Below, piece after piece: positions 26,698 to 36,589 of a DNA stretch of 64,000 nucleotides. Where the stretch lies: IMG/VR virus record IMGVR_UViG_3300010885_003647. One strand, 5' to 3'. The DNA comes from an uncultured virus (IMG/VR IMGVR_UViG_3300010885_003647). Lineage: Duplodnaviria; Heunggongvirae; Uroviricota; Caudoviricetes. The notes under the pieces are model-generated. The model saw only the letters and a program-made list of their open reading frames with translations. It did no database searches and was not told where the DNA came from. The translations under genes were made by a program, and so were the position numbers. Position 1 is the first letter of the stretch, and every line of letters starts with the position of its first letter.

Positions 26698-28281
26698 ATG
26701 GCAGATGTAACCATAGAAAACCTACCCTTAGCGAACGTCATTGTTCCTAGCGTCGATGTACTGCCTTTGGTTACAGGTACTGGCACACTGATTACAAAGA
26801 AGGCAACTGCCAATGAAGTTGTTGCTTCCATACTAGAAACTGATCCATTATTTTCAGTTAGTGCTGTAGCTACAGGAACTCTTCCAGACGGCTCTACAGT
26901 AATCATTAATACCAACGGCACAGTAAGCGCGGTAACTGGAAACGCTGCAGTAGTAGGTAGCGATATTGTTTTTAGTGGATCATGTGTAAACCTACAAGCT
27001 TGCTGGATTACAGAATCCAATGTAATTGCCATCGTATATCAAAGTACTGTTGACGACACCATTCAGATTTATTCAGGTCAAGTCTCAGGAACAACCATTA
27101 ACTTTAACTATGCTGGTCCTGTTACATTAGCTACAGGCGCTCCCGATGGCGGAACATTCCCAACCATTTGCACGTACTATGGAAGCAGCCTTGTAATCGT
27201 TTCATACTCTCCAGTATCTGACAATCAACTATATGTAGTTGGTGTTGAAATTGATAGCGGCGCTAACATTACTGATGTAGGAACTCCAGTATTAGTGGAT
27301 TCTACATACACAACCAATCAGGCTGTAAGCGATTCTTATTTTGCTTTGCTAAATGTGTTTGATGGAGCTTTTTTCATTGCCTATCAAACAACTGATGGCG
27401 GTATCCGCGCGGCTTCAGTAACGGCATTTGGTACATCATTAACTTTATCTGGCTCGTATCAGCTATCTACATCAACCTATACTCCAGATATTACTCTAGG
27501 GTATTACAGTCCTTATTTGGTGGCTTTCTACCAAAACGGTAGTGGAGCAGGTATTACGATTGGCACGTTTAATGGGTCAACATTAACTGCAATTAATACC
27601 ATCAATTTGACAGGTTTTAACCTTACTCAAAATACATTTGCTTCTGTATTGCGATCTGATGGCTCTTTACTTGTGGCATTTGCTGAGGTAAATACAGGTG
27701 TTTTAGATGCCGTTGTTATCAGTATTAACTACACAACCTTTACTGCGACAATCCTAAACCGACAGCTTATTGATACATCTCCAGCAGTTGGGCGCAATGC
27801 AATTGCTATTTACCAATACCCTAATGGAACAGCCGACATCTTTTATGAAGTTACTGCAACAGGGCTATTAAAAGCAGCTAGAATCCAAGTGAACGCTGGT
27901 GGCATTATTAAAGTCACAGACGAGCTAGAATTAGTTCAAAGCGCTTTTTCTACAGCTTTATCTGTATCTCCTACAGGAACTGATTACCAGACTGTAGTAT
28001 TTTTTGAGTCTAGTTCAGATGGACAAAACTTCTTGATATACAACGCTGCAAACACCAACATGACTGACACAAACTTTATTGGCTTTTCTTATGGTGACTA
28101 CACCAATGGTCAAACTGCAATCGTTAAAACAATCGGAAGCGCAATAGCTGGACTTAGTGGTTTAGTTACAGGCTCGCATTACTACGTTACTGAAACAGGC
28201 GCTTTAAGCACTACACCTGGAAATCCAACAGTCAATGCTGGCACTGCCATTTCTACAACCGCTTTAACAATGAATGGCTAG
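26698..28281 (+). CDS. virion appendage protein, paralog 1 of 3
   Basis: Collinear similarity with the next two ORFs. Confidence 0.75.
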   Translation: MADVTIENLPLANVIVPSVDVLPLVTGTGTLITKKATANEVVASILETDPLFSVSAVATGTLPDGSTVIINTNGTVSAVTGNAAVVGSDIVFSGSCVNLQACWITESNVIAIVYQSTVDDTIQIYSGQVSGTTINFNYAGPVTLATGAPDGGTFPTICTYYGSSLVIVSYSPVSDNQLYVVGVEIDSGANITDVGTPVLVDSTYTTNQAVSDSYFALLNVFDGAFFIAYQTTDGGIRAASVTAFGTSLTLSGSYQLSTSTYTPDITLGYYSPYLVAFYQNGSGAGITIGTFNGSTLTAINTINLTGFNLTQNTFASVLRSDGSLLVAFAEVNTGVLDAVVISINYTTFTATILNRQLIDTSPAVGRNAIAIYQYPNGTADIFYEVTATGLLKAARIQVNAGGIIKVTDELELVQSAFSTALSVSPTGTDYQTVVFFESSSDGQNFLIYNAANTNMTDTNFIGFSYGDYTNGQTAIVKTIGSAIAGLSGLVTGSHYYVTETGALSTTPGNPTVNAGTAISTTALTMNG

Positions 28282-28284
28282 ATC

Positions 28285-29871
28285 ATGGCAGATATAAGAA
28301 TCACCGCGCTACCAGCAGCTACCGTTATTAATCCGGATGTTGATGTATTCCCATTGGTTACAAATAGCGGCACAGTTACAAGTAAATCTACTATAACTCA
28401 GTCATTTGGAGTCGCATTAAACTCAATAAACATACCATCTATTACTGCCACAGTAGGTTCATCAGGCATTACTATAGGCAAGCCTATAATTCTTAATAGC
28501 GATGGCACAATCAGTCAGGTTGCTGGAACTAATTCAGTGGTAGGCGCATCAGGTAGCGTTGGTAACGTTAGCACTCCTTATGTCAATATGCAGGGCGCAT
28601 ATATAGGCGGTGTTTCACAAGTCCTTGTTGTGTATCAAGAAACATCTACCAATACTATTCAGGTAATGGCTGGAACACTTGCAGGAACAACAATTACTTT
28701 TGGAACTCCAACAACTTTAGCTACAGGTGCAACTAGCGGTGGAACTTTCCCGACTATAACCTATGTTCAAAATACTACTAACCAAGCGGTAGTTAGCTAT
28801 TCTTTAGGGTCGACTGGCGTACTGTACGCTAGGGTTATCCAAGTTACTAATGTAGGTGTAATTACCGTAGGCACAGCTTTCCAAGTAGATTCAGTAAATA
28901 CAACAAATCAAGCCGTAGCAGCTTCTGCTTGGGTTGGTAGTCCTACGGTTGGAAAAGTCTGCCTTGCATATCAAACAGTTAGTGCTGGAATCTATGCAGC
29001 TACATTTACTCTAAGTGGCACAACAATATCTAGCGTTTCTGCACAGCAAATATCCACAACAACAACAGGTGAGATAGACCTGATTAATGTTAACGGGACT
29101 AACGTAGTAGCCCTATATCAAAACGATGTTACAGGGACTGTAAGCTTTTTAACTTGGAATGGTACGGGTTTAACTTTTAATGCTACTACCGAAATATCAG
29201 GTCTTAATTTATCGGCAAATACATTTGCAGCAAGCGCTTTAACTAGCGGTAACTTGCTTGTATCTTTTGCTGAACATACTACTGGAGTTTTAAGCGCTTT
29301 TGTATTGGGACTTAACTACACTACTTATGCAGTAACATTCGGTGGTAGACAGCTCATTGATACAGCTCCTGCGCTTGGGCGGGGTACGCTTAGTAACTAC
29401 ACATACCCTAACGGTACAGTTGGCATTTTTTATGAGTCACAAGCATTAAACGCTTTAAAGACAACCGTTGTGCAGGTAAATAGCGGAAACACTCTCAAGA
29501 TTGATGGAGTTTTGGCAATAGCTCAAAATGCTGCTGCTACTGCTCTTTATACATTCCCTACGATAAATGCTTTGCAAAACGTAGTGCTTTACTTCTCAAG
29601 CGTAAATAGCCAAAAGTACATGGTATATACAGCATCGTCTACTAACCTGACTGACTCAAACTTTCTTGGTTTTAGTGCTAATGGTTATAGTGCTGGCTAT
29701 GCTTACGGTATTGTATATACTTATGGTCGTTGGATTTTAGGTCAAACAGGATTAACTCCTGGACTGCGTTACTATGTTACTGAAACAGGCGGCCTATCCT
29801 TAACACCAGGAGTCCCAGAAGTTGCCGCAGGAACAGCCATTTCTACAACCTCTTTATTGATGAACGCTTAA
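28285..29871 (+). CDS. virion appendage protein, paralog 2 of 3
   Basis: Shared motifs MAD..I..LP, TFPTI, RQLIDT.P, YPNGT, NF.G.S, YYVTETG. Confidence 0.75.
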   Translation: MADIRITALPAATVINPDVDVFPLVTNSGTVTSKSTITQSFGVALNSINIPSITATVGSSGITIGKPIILNSDGTISQVAGTNSVVGASGSVGNVSTPYVNMQGAYIGGVSQVLVVYQETSTNTIQVMAGTLAGTTITFGTPTTLATGATSGGTFPTITYVQNTTNQAVVSYSLGSTGVLYARVIQVTNVGVITVGTAFQVDSVNTTNQAVAASAWVGSPTVGKVCLAYQTVSAGIYAATFTLSGTTISSVSAQQISTTTTGEIDLINVNGTNVVALYQNDVTGTVSFLTWNGTGLTFNATTEISGLNLSANTFAASALTSGNLLVSFAEHTTGVLSAFVLGLNYTTYAVTFGGRQLIDTAPALGRGTLSNYTYPNGTVGIFYESQALNALKTTVVQVNSGNTLKIDGVLAIAQNAAATALYTFPTINALQNVVLYFSSVNSQKYMVYTASSTNLTDSNFLGFSANGYSAGYAYGIVYTYGRWILGQTGLTPGLRYYVTETGGLSLTPGVPEVAAGTAISTTSLLMNA

Positions 29872-29873
29872 TC

Positions 29874-31436
29874 ATGGCAGACGTAAAAATATCAGAACTT
29901 CCTGCAGCTAGTACTATTAATAATTCAGTTGACGTTTTACCGATTGTTACAGATGGCGGTTTAGTTACAAGCAGAGCAACACCATACCAAGTCCTTGGCG
30001 CAGTATTAGACGCTACTCCTATTCCTTCTATTGGCGCGGTAGCAACAGGTGCTATTGGTGCAGGTTATACAGTTATTTTAAATAGCGATGGGACAGTAAG
30101 CGCAGTAACTGGAACTGCTTCAGTAATTGGAACGCCAGGTACTATTGTTTCTGGGATTAAAAACGCGCAGGGTGTATATGTACCTAATGGTGGACGTGTA
30201 GTTGTTGTATACCAAGAAACAACCAACCACTATATTCAGCTAATTCTTGGAACCCTTTCAGGATCTACAATTATTTTTGGAAGCCCAACAACCATTGCAA
30301 CAGGTGACTTGGACGACTTAACTTTCCCAACGATATGCGTTTATGAAGGAAGTGCTCTTATATGGGTTACCTACTCGCCAACATCAGATAACCAGCTTTA
30401 TATTATAGGCGTTGATACTTATGAAGGAGTTATTTCTTTAGGTACGCCTGTTTTAGCAGACTCTACATACTTAACAAGCCAAGCAGTAGCTTGCTCTCTT
30501 TGGGTTGGATCTCTTACCATTGGTGGAAAACCTTGCATTGCTTACCAAACAACTGACGGCGGTATTCGTGCAACTACATTTTCCATGAGTGGAACTTCCA
30601 TAACAAGTGTTAACGCTTCAATTGAGTTGTCTACAAGCACCACTACTGAGATAGATGGACATCAGATTGATGGAACGAATGTAGTGTTTTTCTTTACAGA
30701 AGGAAGCACAGGGGCGGTAAGTTTTTGCGAGTTTTCAGGTAGCCTAACGCTTTCTTCAACAACCTCATTGCCAAGTCTTAATCTAGCCCAAAGCACATAC
30801 TCTACTTCAGTATTAGATGACTTTAACTTACTCTTAGCGTTTGCTGAAGCAACCACTGGGGTTTTAGACGCGGTTGTATTAGAGCTTAATTACACCACCT
30901 ATGCTGTGACATTCGGTAACAGACAGCTTATTGATACAACTCCAAGTACTGGCTATGGCGCTATTAGTACTTACACCTATCCTAATGGAACTGTTGGTAT
31001 TTTCTACAATTCTCAGGCTCTTGATAACTTAAGAACAACTGTAGTGCAGGTTGACGATGGAAACATCATTAAAGTTGATGGCGTTACAACCCTAGTTCAA
31101 GGGGGAAATTCTAGCTACATGTGGACATTCCCTCTAGCTAACCCTTTGCAAAACGCAATTTTGTACTACAACGGGGTTCAAAACTACGTAACTTATACAG
31201 CTTCAACAACCAACCTGACAGATAAGAACTTTATCGGTTATTCCTATGCAGACTACGCCAATGGCGATACCGCTATTATCCAGACTCTTGGTAGTACAAT
31301 TGCTTCACAAGCAGGGTTAACCCCTGGAGTGCAGTACTATGTTACCGAAACTGGAGACCCAAGTGCTACCCCAGGAGTTCCCGTAGTAAATGCAGGGACA
31401 GGACTGACCACAACCTCTTTATTATTTAACAACTAA
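29874..31436 (+). CDS. virion appendage protein, paralog 3 of 3
   Basis: Same shared motifs as paralogs 1 and 2. Confidence 0.75.
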   Translation: MADVKISELPAASTINNSVDVLPIVTDGGLVTSRATPYQVLGAVLDATPIPSIGAVATGAIGAGYTVILNSDGTVSAVTGTASVIGTPGTIVSGIKNAQGVYVPNGGRVVVVYQETTNHYIQLILGTLSGSTIIFGSPTTIATGDLDDLTFPTICVYEGSALIWVTYSPTSDNQLYIIGVDTYEGVISLGTPVLADSTYLTSQAVACSLWVGSLTIGGKPCIAYQTTDGGIRATTFSMSGTSITSVNASIELSTSTTTEIDGHQIDGTNVVFFFTEGSTGAVSFCEFSGSLTLSSTTSLPSLNLAQSTYSTSVLDDFNLLLAFAEATTGVLDAVVLELNYTTYAVTFGNRQLIDTTPSTGYGAISTYTYPNGTVGIFYNSQALDNLRTTVVQVDDGNIIKVDGVTTLVQGGNSSYMWTFPLANPLQNAILYYNGVQNYVTYTASTTNLTDKNFIGYSYADYANGDTAIIQTLGSTIASQAGLTPGVQYYVTETGDPSATPGVPVVNAGTGLTTTSLLFNN

Positions 31437-31440
31437 TGCC

Positions 31441-31689
31441 ATGATTCTAGACGACCAAACCAAAGCCGAGCTAGTACAGCTTGTACAAGCAGCCGTAAAA
31501 CAAGCAGTTGAAGTACACCCTTTAAGCTCCGATGAGGTACATTGGGTTCGTATGGCTATTCAGGCTGAAGCCGAAAGAGCTGAAGTGCGTAAAGCTATTA
31601 TCAATAAGACTTTAGCTGGCTTAGTTTGGATTGGTATTGTTGCTGCTGGTGGATGGGTTGCTGATTATTTTGTAAGTCATTGGAAATAA
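31441..31689 (+). CDS. small protein with C-terminal TM helix (possible holin)
   Basis: TLAGLVWIGIVAAGGWVA hydrophobic segment. Confidence 0.5.
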   Translation: MILDDQTKAELVQLVQAAVKQAVEVHPLSSDEVHWVRMAIQAEAERAEVRKAIINKTLAGLVWIGIVAAGGWVADYFVSHWK

Positions 31690-31690
31690 T

Positions 31691-32167
31691 ATGCCAAGTA
31701 AATCAAAGAAACAACACAACTTAATGGAAGCCGTGGCACATTCTCCAGCTTTTGCTAAAAAGGTCGGTATTAAACAGGCAGTTGGCGAAGAATTTGCTGC
31801 TGCAGATAAAGGTAAAAGGTTTGGTACAGGTGGTAGTACAGGTATTACAATAGGTGGTCAAGGACAGATTAACAAACAACGCACTAGGTTTGGGTCTGTC
31901 TACGGTAATGAAAAGAATGTTCCAAATGTTAACTTAAACAAATACATAGGTAAGAAAGAAGGTGGAATTATGAAAGATGCAGATTTAGCACAAGACAAAG
32001 CATTAATCAAACGTGCTATCAAACAACACGATGCTCAAGAGCACAAGGGCGGTAAAGGCACTACTCTTAAGCTAGCTAAAGGCGGTGTAACCCGTGCAGA
32101 TGGTTGCATTATGAAGGGGCACACTAAAGGTAAAACTGTTAAAATGTGTATGGGCGGAAAGGCTTAA
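31691..32167 (+). CDS. small basic protein (possible internal virion protein)
   Basis: MPSKSKKQHNLM; Lys-rich with several xxGG motifs. Confidence 0.7.
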   Translation: MPSKSKKQHNLMEAVAHSPAFAKKVGIKQAVGEEFAAADKGKRFGTGGSTGITIGGQGQINKQRTRFGSVYGNEKNVPNVNLNKYIGKKEGGIMKDADLAQDKALIKRAIKQHDAQEHKGGKGTTLKLAKGGVTRADGCIMKGHTKGKTVKMCMGGKA

Positions 32168-32478
32168 TCATGATGAACAAAGACGCTTTAAGAGCAGCAG
32201 CAATGCAAAAAATGGGTAGACCAGCTCCTTCAACTCCTGGCGCTCCAAGACCTGTGGCACCCCCACCAGCACAAGGACGACCAATGCCTAGAGGAATGCC
32301 AGCTCCAGGTGCTAACGGACAACCTAGCAGACCAATGCCTCCCCCTCCTCCCCCTGCAGCATCAGCCATGAAAAAAGGCGGCAAGGTTAAGAAGATGGCT
32401 AAAGGCGGTAAAGCGTCTCAGTTATCCAAAGCTAACGGTATTGCTGTCAAAGGCAAGACACGCGGAAAGATCGTGTAA
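32146..32478 (+). CDS. Pro-rich basic protein
   Basis: MKKGGKVKKMAKGG...GIAVKGKTRGK; probable start MMNKD near 32170. Confidence 0.7.
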   Translation: MYGRKGLIMMNKDALRAAAMQKMGRPAPSTPGAPRPVAPPPAQGRPMPRGMPAPGANGQPSRPMPPPPPPAASAMKKGGKVKKMAKGGKASQLSKANGIAVKGKTRGKIV

Positions 32479-32480
32479 TC

Positions 32481-32639
32481 ATGCGACCAAGTCGGGGTAT
32501 GGGTGACGTAATGCCATCTAAAATGGGGAAACCAGTTCTGAAAAAGAGACGGGATAATACCGATTTTACCCAGTATGCGGAAGGTGGAAAAGTTGGGCTA
32601 TATATTAAATCGGCTAAAACAGCGAAGAAGAAAAAATGA
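32481..32639 (+). CDS. small basic protein (52 aa, not in ORF track)
   Basis: MRPSRGMGDVMPSKM...YAEGGKVGLYIKSAKTAKKKK. Confidence 0.65.
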   Translation: MRPSRGMGDVMPSKMGKPVLKKRRDNTDFTQYAEGGKVGLYIKSAKTAKKKK

Positions 32640-32761
32640 ACTGTTCCCTGTATATCCACTTCATCAAAGGCGTGATGTTAGGTATTGAATTCGTTGAGGA
32701 AGAGGTTAAAATGGTAGTCTTGGATCTCTTAATTGTTCGACTAATATTGGAGTACGAATGA
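32636..32761 (+). CDS. small hypothetical protein (41 aa, not in ORF track)
   Basis: MNCSLYIHFIKGVMLGIEFVEEEVKMVVLDLLIVRLILEYE, with ATGA overlaps at both ends. Confidence 0.55.
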   Translation: MNCSLYIHFIKGVMLGIEFVEEEVKMVVLDLLIVRLILEYE

Positions 32762-32910
32762 AAAATTATATTGTAAAAGCCTTGAAATGGGCATTAAGTA
32801 AGTTTGAAGATAAACCTGTTGAGGTATGGCCTTTCCCCGCCCCTGTTAAAAAGACGGTTAAAAAAGCTACTACTCGCCCAGTTAAAAAGACTGTTAAGAA
32901 AGCTAAGTAA
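32758..32910 (+). CDS. small Lys-rich protein (50 aa, not in ORF track)
   Basis: ...WPFPAPVKKTVKKATTRPVKKTVKKAK; stop overlaps the next ATG. Confidence 0.6.
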   Translation: MKNYIVKALKWALSKFEDKPVEVWPFPAPVKKTVKKATTRPVKKTVKKAK

Positions 32911-33848
32911 TGGCAACCACAGGGATAACTACCTTTAATCTCACCATGAATGATCTGGTGGAAGAAGCATTTGAAAGATGCGGGAAAGAGCTGCGTTCTG
33001 GATATGACTTCCGCACGGCTCGCCGTAGTGTGAACTTGCTTACTATTGAGTGGGCAAATAAGGGTATTAACCTGTGGACGATTGAGCAGAACCAGATTGT
33101 GTTAAATACAGGGCAAGCTATCTACCCCTTATCTGTAGATACAATTGATATCCTAGATGCGGTTACACGCGTTAATAATGGTGTTCAAAGCAATCAGAGC
33201 GATGTGAATATTAGCCGTATCTCTGAGTCTACTTACTCTACTATCCCTAACAAAAACGCTTATGGTCGTCCAATTCAGATGTGGGTTGACCGTCAGTCAG
33301 GTACTGTAGCTTCTATCCCAAATACAACCCTAGCAGTTGGCTACCCTATTTCTGCTACAGATACAACGATTACCTTAACTTCTACAGATAACCTAAAGAC
33401 TACAGGTTTTATTAATATTGATGACGAAATTATTGGTTATCAGAACATCGTAGGCAATCAGATCATCAATGCTTGGCGTGGACAGGCTGGCACTACTGCA
33501 ACGGCTCATTTGGCTTTAGCAGAGGTGTATACAAATAACCTACCATGTATAAACGTTTGGCCTACCCCTAGCTCTCCTGGGGATCAATACACCCTAGTCT
33601 ATTACCGTATGCGCCGTATGCAAGACGCTGGTGATGGTGTTAATACTGAAGACATTCCTTTCCGTTTTGTACCTGCAATTACTGCAGGATTGGCTTTCCA
33701 GCTATCTATGAAGCTTCCAGATGTAGACCCTAATAGGATTGGTATGCTCAAGGCTGACTATGCTGAGCAGTTCCAGTTGGCTGCTGACGAAGATCGGGAA
33801 AAAGCTGCGGTTCGTTGGGTTCCTCGTAATACGTTTTATTCAAGGTAA
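32910..33848 (+). CDS. head-tail adaptor / tail tubular A-like protein
   Basis: VEEAFERCG...ARRSVNLL..EWAN.GINLWT...VWPTP...GLAFQLS. Confidence 0.65.
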   Translation: MATTGITTFNLTMNDLVEEAFERCGKELRSGYDFRTARRSVNLLTIEWANKGINLWTIEQNQIVLNTGQAIYPLSVDTIDILDAVTRVNNGVQSNQSDVNISRISESTYSTIPNKNAYGRPIQMWVDRQSGTVASIPNTTLAVGYPISATDTTITLTSTDNLKTTGFINIDDEIIGYQNIVGNQIINAWRGQAGTTATAHLALAEVYTNNLPCINVWPTPSSPGDQYTLVYYRMRRMQDAGDGVNTEDIPFRFVPAITAGLAFQLSMKLPDVDPNRIGMLKADYAEQFQLAADEDREKAAVRWVPRNTFYSR

Positions 33849-33850
33849 TT

Positions 33851-34111
33851 ATGGCTAGTCCTATAAGAAAAACAACCAAAGGAAAAGGTAGGAATTACCT
33901 TAGTACAAAAGAAGGCGCGGGTATGACAGCCGCTGGTCGTAAGGCGTATAATGCCAAAACAGGGTCTAATTTAAAGGCTCCACAGCCTGAAGGTGGTCCT
34001 CGCAAAAAGTCGTTTTGTGCCCGTATGTCTGGTATGCCAGGCCCTATGAAAGATGAAAAAGGTCGCCCTACTCGTAAGGCAGCTAGTTTGAAAAGATGGA
34101 ATTGTAAGTAA
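33851..34111 (+). CDS. small basic conserved phage protein (DUF6321-like)
   Basis: NLKAPQ...RKKSFCARM...SLKRWNC. Confidence 0.7.
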   Translation: MASPIRKTTKGKGRNYLSTKEGAGMTAAGRKAYNAKTGSNLKAPQPEGGPRKKSFCARMSGMPGPMKDEKGRPTRKAASLKRWNCK

Positions 34112-34545
34112 TGCCTAGTAAGTATTCGTCAGGTAAACACTCGATTGCCGAATGTGATCGGTGTGGACAGCGCTATAAATTAGTAGAGTTAAAAAAGCTA
34201 GTTATTAAGACTAAGCAGGTAAGTATTAAAGTATGTCCTGAGTGCTGGGAACCAGATCAGCCACAGTTGCAGTTGGGTATGTATCCTGTGAACGACCCGC
34301 AAGCTGTACGGGAACCACGTCCTGATGTAAGCTATTACCAGTCTGGACAAAGCGGGTTGATGACTAACTTGTTTGGTACAAACGTTAATAGCGTTGATGA
34401 GTTCGGTTATCCAGAAGGTGGTAGTAGGGTATTCCAATGGGGATGGGCACCAGTAGGCGGTGCAAGAAACTTTGATTCCTCATTAACACCCAACTATTTG
34501 ATTTGTCAAGGGCAGTTGGGAACAGTTACAATTAGCACAACATAA
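34111..34545 (+). CDS. Zn-finger-containing conserved phage protein
   Basis: CDRCG...VCPECWEPDQPQL...DPQAVREPRPD. Confidence 0.75.
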   Translation: MPSKYSSGKHSIAECDRCGQRYKLVELKKLVIKTKQVSIKVCPECWEPDQPQLQLGMYPVNDPQAVREPRPDVSYYQSGQSGLMTNLFGTNVNSVDEFGYPEGGSRVFQWGWAPVGGARNFDSSLTPNYLICQGQLGTVTISTT

Positions 34546-34556
34546 GGAGTAGTAAA

Positions 34557-34739
34557 ATGACATTTAGAAAAGCAGCAGATGGCGTTACAAAGACAGGCAA
34601 AACCAAGGGTAAAAACCTAGGTGATTCAGGCCCAACTAAGGGTATTGAGTCTGGTCCTAAAAAAAGCACAAGTACTGAAAACAAGAACTTGAAGAAAATG
34701 GGTCGTAACTTGGCTCGTATTGCAAACCAGAAAGGCTAA
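34557..34739 (+). CDS. small basic protein
   Basis: ADGVTKTGKTKG...MGRNLAR; AAGGAG SD. Confidence 0.7.
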   Translation: MTFRKAADGVTKTGKTKGKNLGDSGPTKGIESGPKKSTSTENKNLKKMGRNLARIANQKG

Positions 34740-34741
34740 TC

Positions 34742-35023
34742 ATGGCTGTTAATAAAACACCTAAAGTATCTCCAGCGGAGAAGTATCCGTTAGGAAATGC
34801 TAAAGAAAACAAAGACGCTTCTGTATATGCCAAGAATGGTACTAGCGTTGCTGACGGTGAAGCTGCCGTTACTAAGACTGGCAACTGGATGAATGAAGCT
34901 AACATTTCTGTAGGCGCTGGCAGCAAAGGCAATTACAGAGGCATCAATCCTAATGGCGTTGGTGTTATGCGTGGTTATGGCGCAGCTACTAAAGGTCGTA
35001 AGATCAGCGGGAAAATGGGCTAA
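34742..35023 (+). CDS. small basic protein
   Basis: MRGYGAATKG motif. Confidence 0.7.
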   Translation: MAVNKTPKVSPAEKYPLGNAKENKDASVYAKNGTSVADGEAAVTKTGNWMNEANISVGAGSKGNYRGINPNGVGVMRGYGAATKGRKISGKMG

Positions 35024-35205
35024 TGAATCCAAGTACTCCAATCACATTAAACCTAACATTGCGCGAAGTTGAAGGCGTATTGGCTGGTCTTGGTGAACTA
35101 CCTACTGCATCAGGCGTATTTCCTATTATGATGAAAGTTCGTTCACAGACTGAAGCTCAGTTACCTATCGAATCGCAGCAAGCTGAAGAACCAAAAGCAG
35201 AGTAA
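35023..35205 (+). CDS. hypothetical protein
   Basis: 60 aa, coupled to the upstream gene. Confidence 0.65.
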   Translation: MNPSTPITLNLTLREVEGVLAGLGELPTASGVFPIMMKVRSQTEAQLPIESQQAEEPKAE

Positions 35206-35207
35206 AT

Positions 35208-36149
35208 ATGGACTATCAAACCCTCTTTAATACTATTCAGGCATATGCTGAGAACACGGAAGGTCTTTTCGTGGGAAACATTCCTGTATTTGTACAAGAG
35301 GCAGAGACCCGTATATACAACACCGTTCAGATTCCAGCACTGCGTAAGAATGTTACAGGCACTTTAACTGCAGGTAATCAGTACATATCGCTTCCAGATG
35401 ACTGGCTTTCTAACTTTTCCTTGGCGGTAATTGACTCGGATAGTAGGTATAACTACTTACTAAACAAGGATGTTAACTTCTTGCGTGAGGCTTACCCTAC
35501 GGTGTCTTACTCAGGTACTGCATATCAAGGCACTCCTGGTGGTGTTCCAGCGTACTACGCGCTGTTTGGTTCACAGCTAAACAATACCAATGAGATGACT
35601 CTGATGGTAGCTCCGACTCCTGACGACAACTACGACGTTGAGATGCACTACTATTATTACCCACCTACTATCGTTCAAGGACAGATTAGTACTGTTGGTA
35701 ACTTGGTTGGCGGCGATAACTATACTAGCGGTGTATATCAGAACGTAGCCTTAACAGGCGGTAATGGTGCTAATGCCATAGCAGACATTGTGGTTACTGC
35801 AGGATCTGTTACATCAGTTGTTCCTACCTTTGGCGGTAGCTTCTATGTAGTTGGTGACGAGCTTTCTTGCGAAGTACTTGGTGATGCTGGTGAAAACTTC
35901 ACTGTTGAGGTAACTGCGGTTTCTAACGCTAATGGCACTAGCTGGCTTGGCGATAACTACGATCCAGTCCTATTCTATGGTGCAATGCGGGAAGCTATTA
36001 TCTTCATGAAGGGCGAGCAAGATATGGTTACCTACTACGAAAAGATGTACAAAGAAGCCTTAGATCAACTTAACCGTCTTGGCACAGGTCTTGAGCGCGG
36101 TGATGCGTTTAGGAATGGTCAAGCACGAATTCGACAGGTTAACCCATAA
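35208..36149 (+). CDS. putative head-tail connector / adaptor with inserted beta domain
   Basis: FVQEAETRIY...P.YYA...VAPTPD..Y.VEMHY...SWLGDNYDPVLFYG. Confidence 0.65.
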   Translation: MDYQTLFNTIQAYAENTEGLFVGNIPVFVQEAETRIYNTVQIPALRKNVTGTLTAGNQYISLPDDWLSNFSLAVIDSDSRYNYLLNKDVNFLREAYPTVSYSGTAYQGTPGGVPAYYALFGSQLNNTNEMTLMVAPTPDDNYDVEMHYYYYPPTIVQGQISTVGNLVGGDNYTSGVYQNVALTGGNGANAIADIVVTAGSVTSVVPTFGGSFYVVGDELSCEVLGDAGENFTVEVTAVSNANGTSWLGDNYDPVLFYGAMREAIIFMKGEQDMVTYYEKMYKEALDQLNRLGTGLERGDAFRNGQARIRQVNP

Positions 36150-36580
36150 TGGCTATTGTTCAAGGCTTAACTACCTCGTTTTACAGCGATTGTCTTGCTG
36201 GAAAGGCAGACTTTGCAACCCCTACTATATATACATACAAAATAGCACTGTATAACGGTAATGCCAATCTAGGCAGCACTACTACCACATACACTACAGA
36301 CAACGAGATTACAGGTACTGGCTATACTGCTGGGGGTAAAACCCTAACCTTATTGCCGCCTGTCACGGATCAGACTAATGAAGTGGCTTATATCTCATTT
36401 GTGGATGTAACTTGGAACCCCGCAAGCTTTACTACTAACGGGGCTTTAATATATAATAGCACCACTGGTGCGTCTGTTTGCGTGTTAAACTTTGGTTCAA
36501 CTAAGACTGCCAATAGCACGTTTACAGTAACTTTTCCGGCTTACAACTCATCGGACGCCATTATTCGTTTCACCAATTAA
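36149..36580 (+). CDS. tail-associated structural protein
   Basis: YKIALY...NEITGTGYTAGG...GALIYN...LNFG. Confidence 0.7.
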   Translation: MAIVQGLTTSFYSDCLAGKADFATPTIYTYKIALYNGNANLGSTTTTYTTDNEITGTGYTAGGKTLTLLPPVTDQTNEVAYISFVDVTWNPASFTTNGALIYNSTTGASVCVLNFGSTKTANSTFTVTFPAYNSSDAIIRFTN

Positions 36581-36589
36581 GGAGCAATT

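Noticed and set aside
26698..31436. Diversity-generating retroelement or shufflon acting on the paralogs
   Set aside because: No reverse transcriptase or recombinase, no near-identical template/variable repeat pair differing at adenines, and no inverted cassettes.
32481..32639. Possible internal deletion in the small basic protein (GLY-IKSAKTAKK)
   Set aside because: Based only on my memory of longer homologs; it cannot be supported from this sequence.
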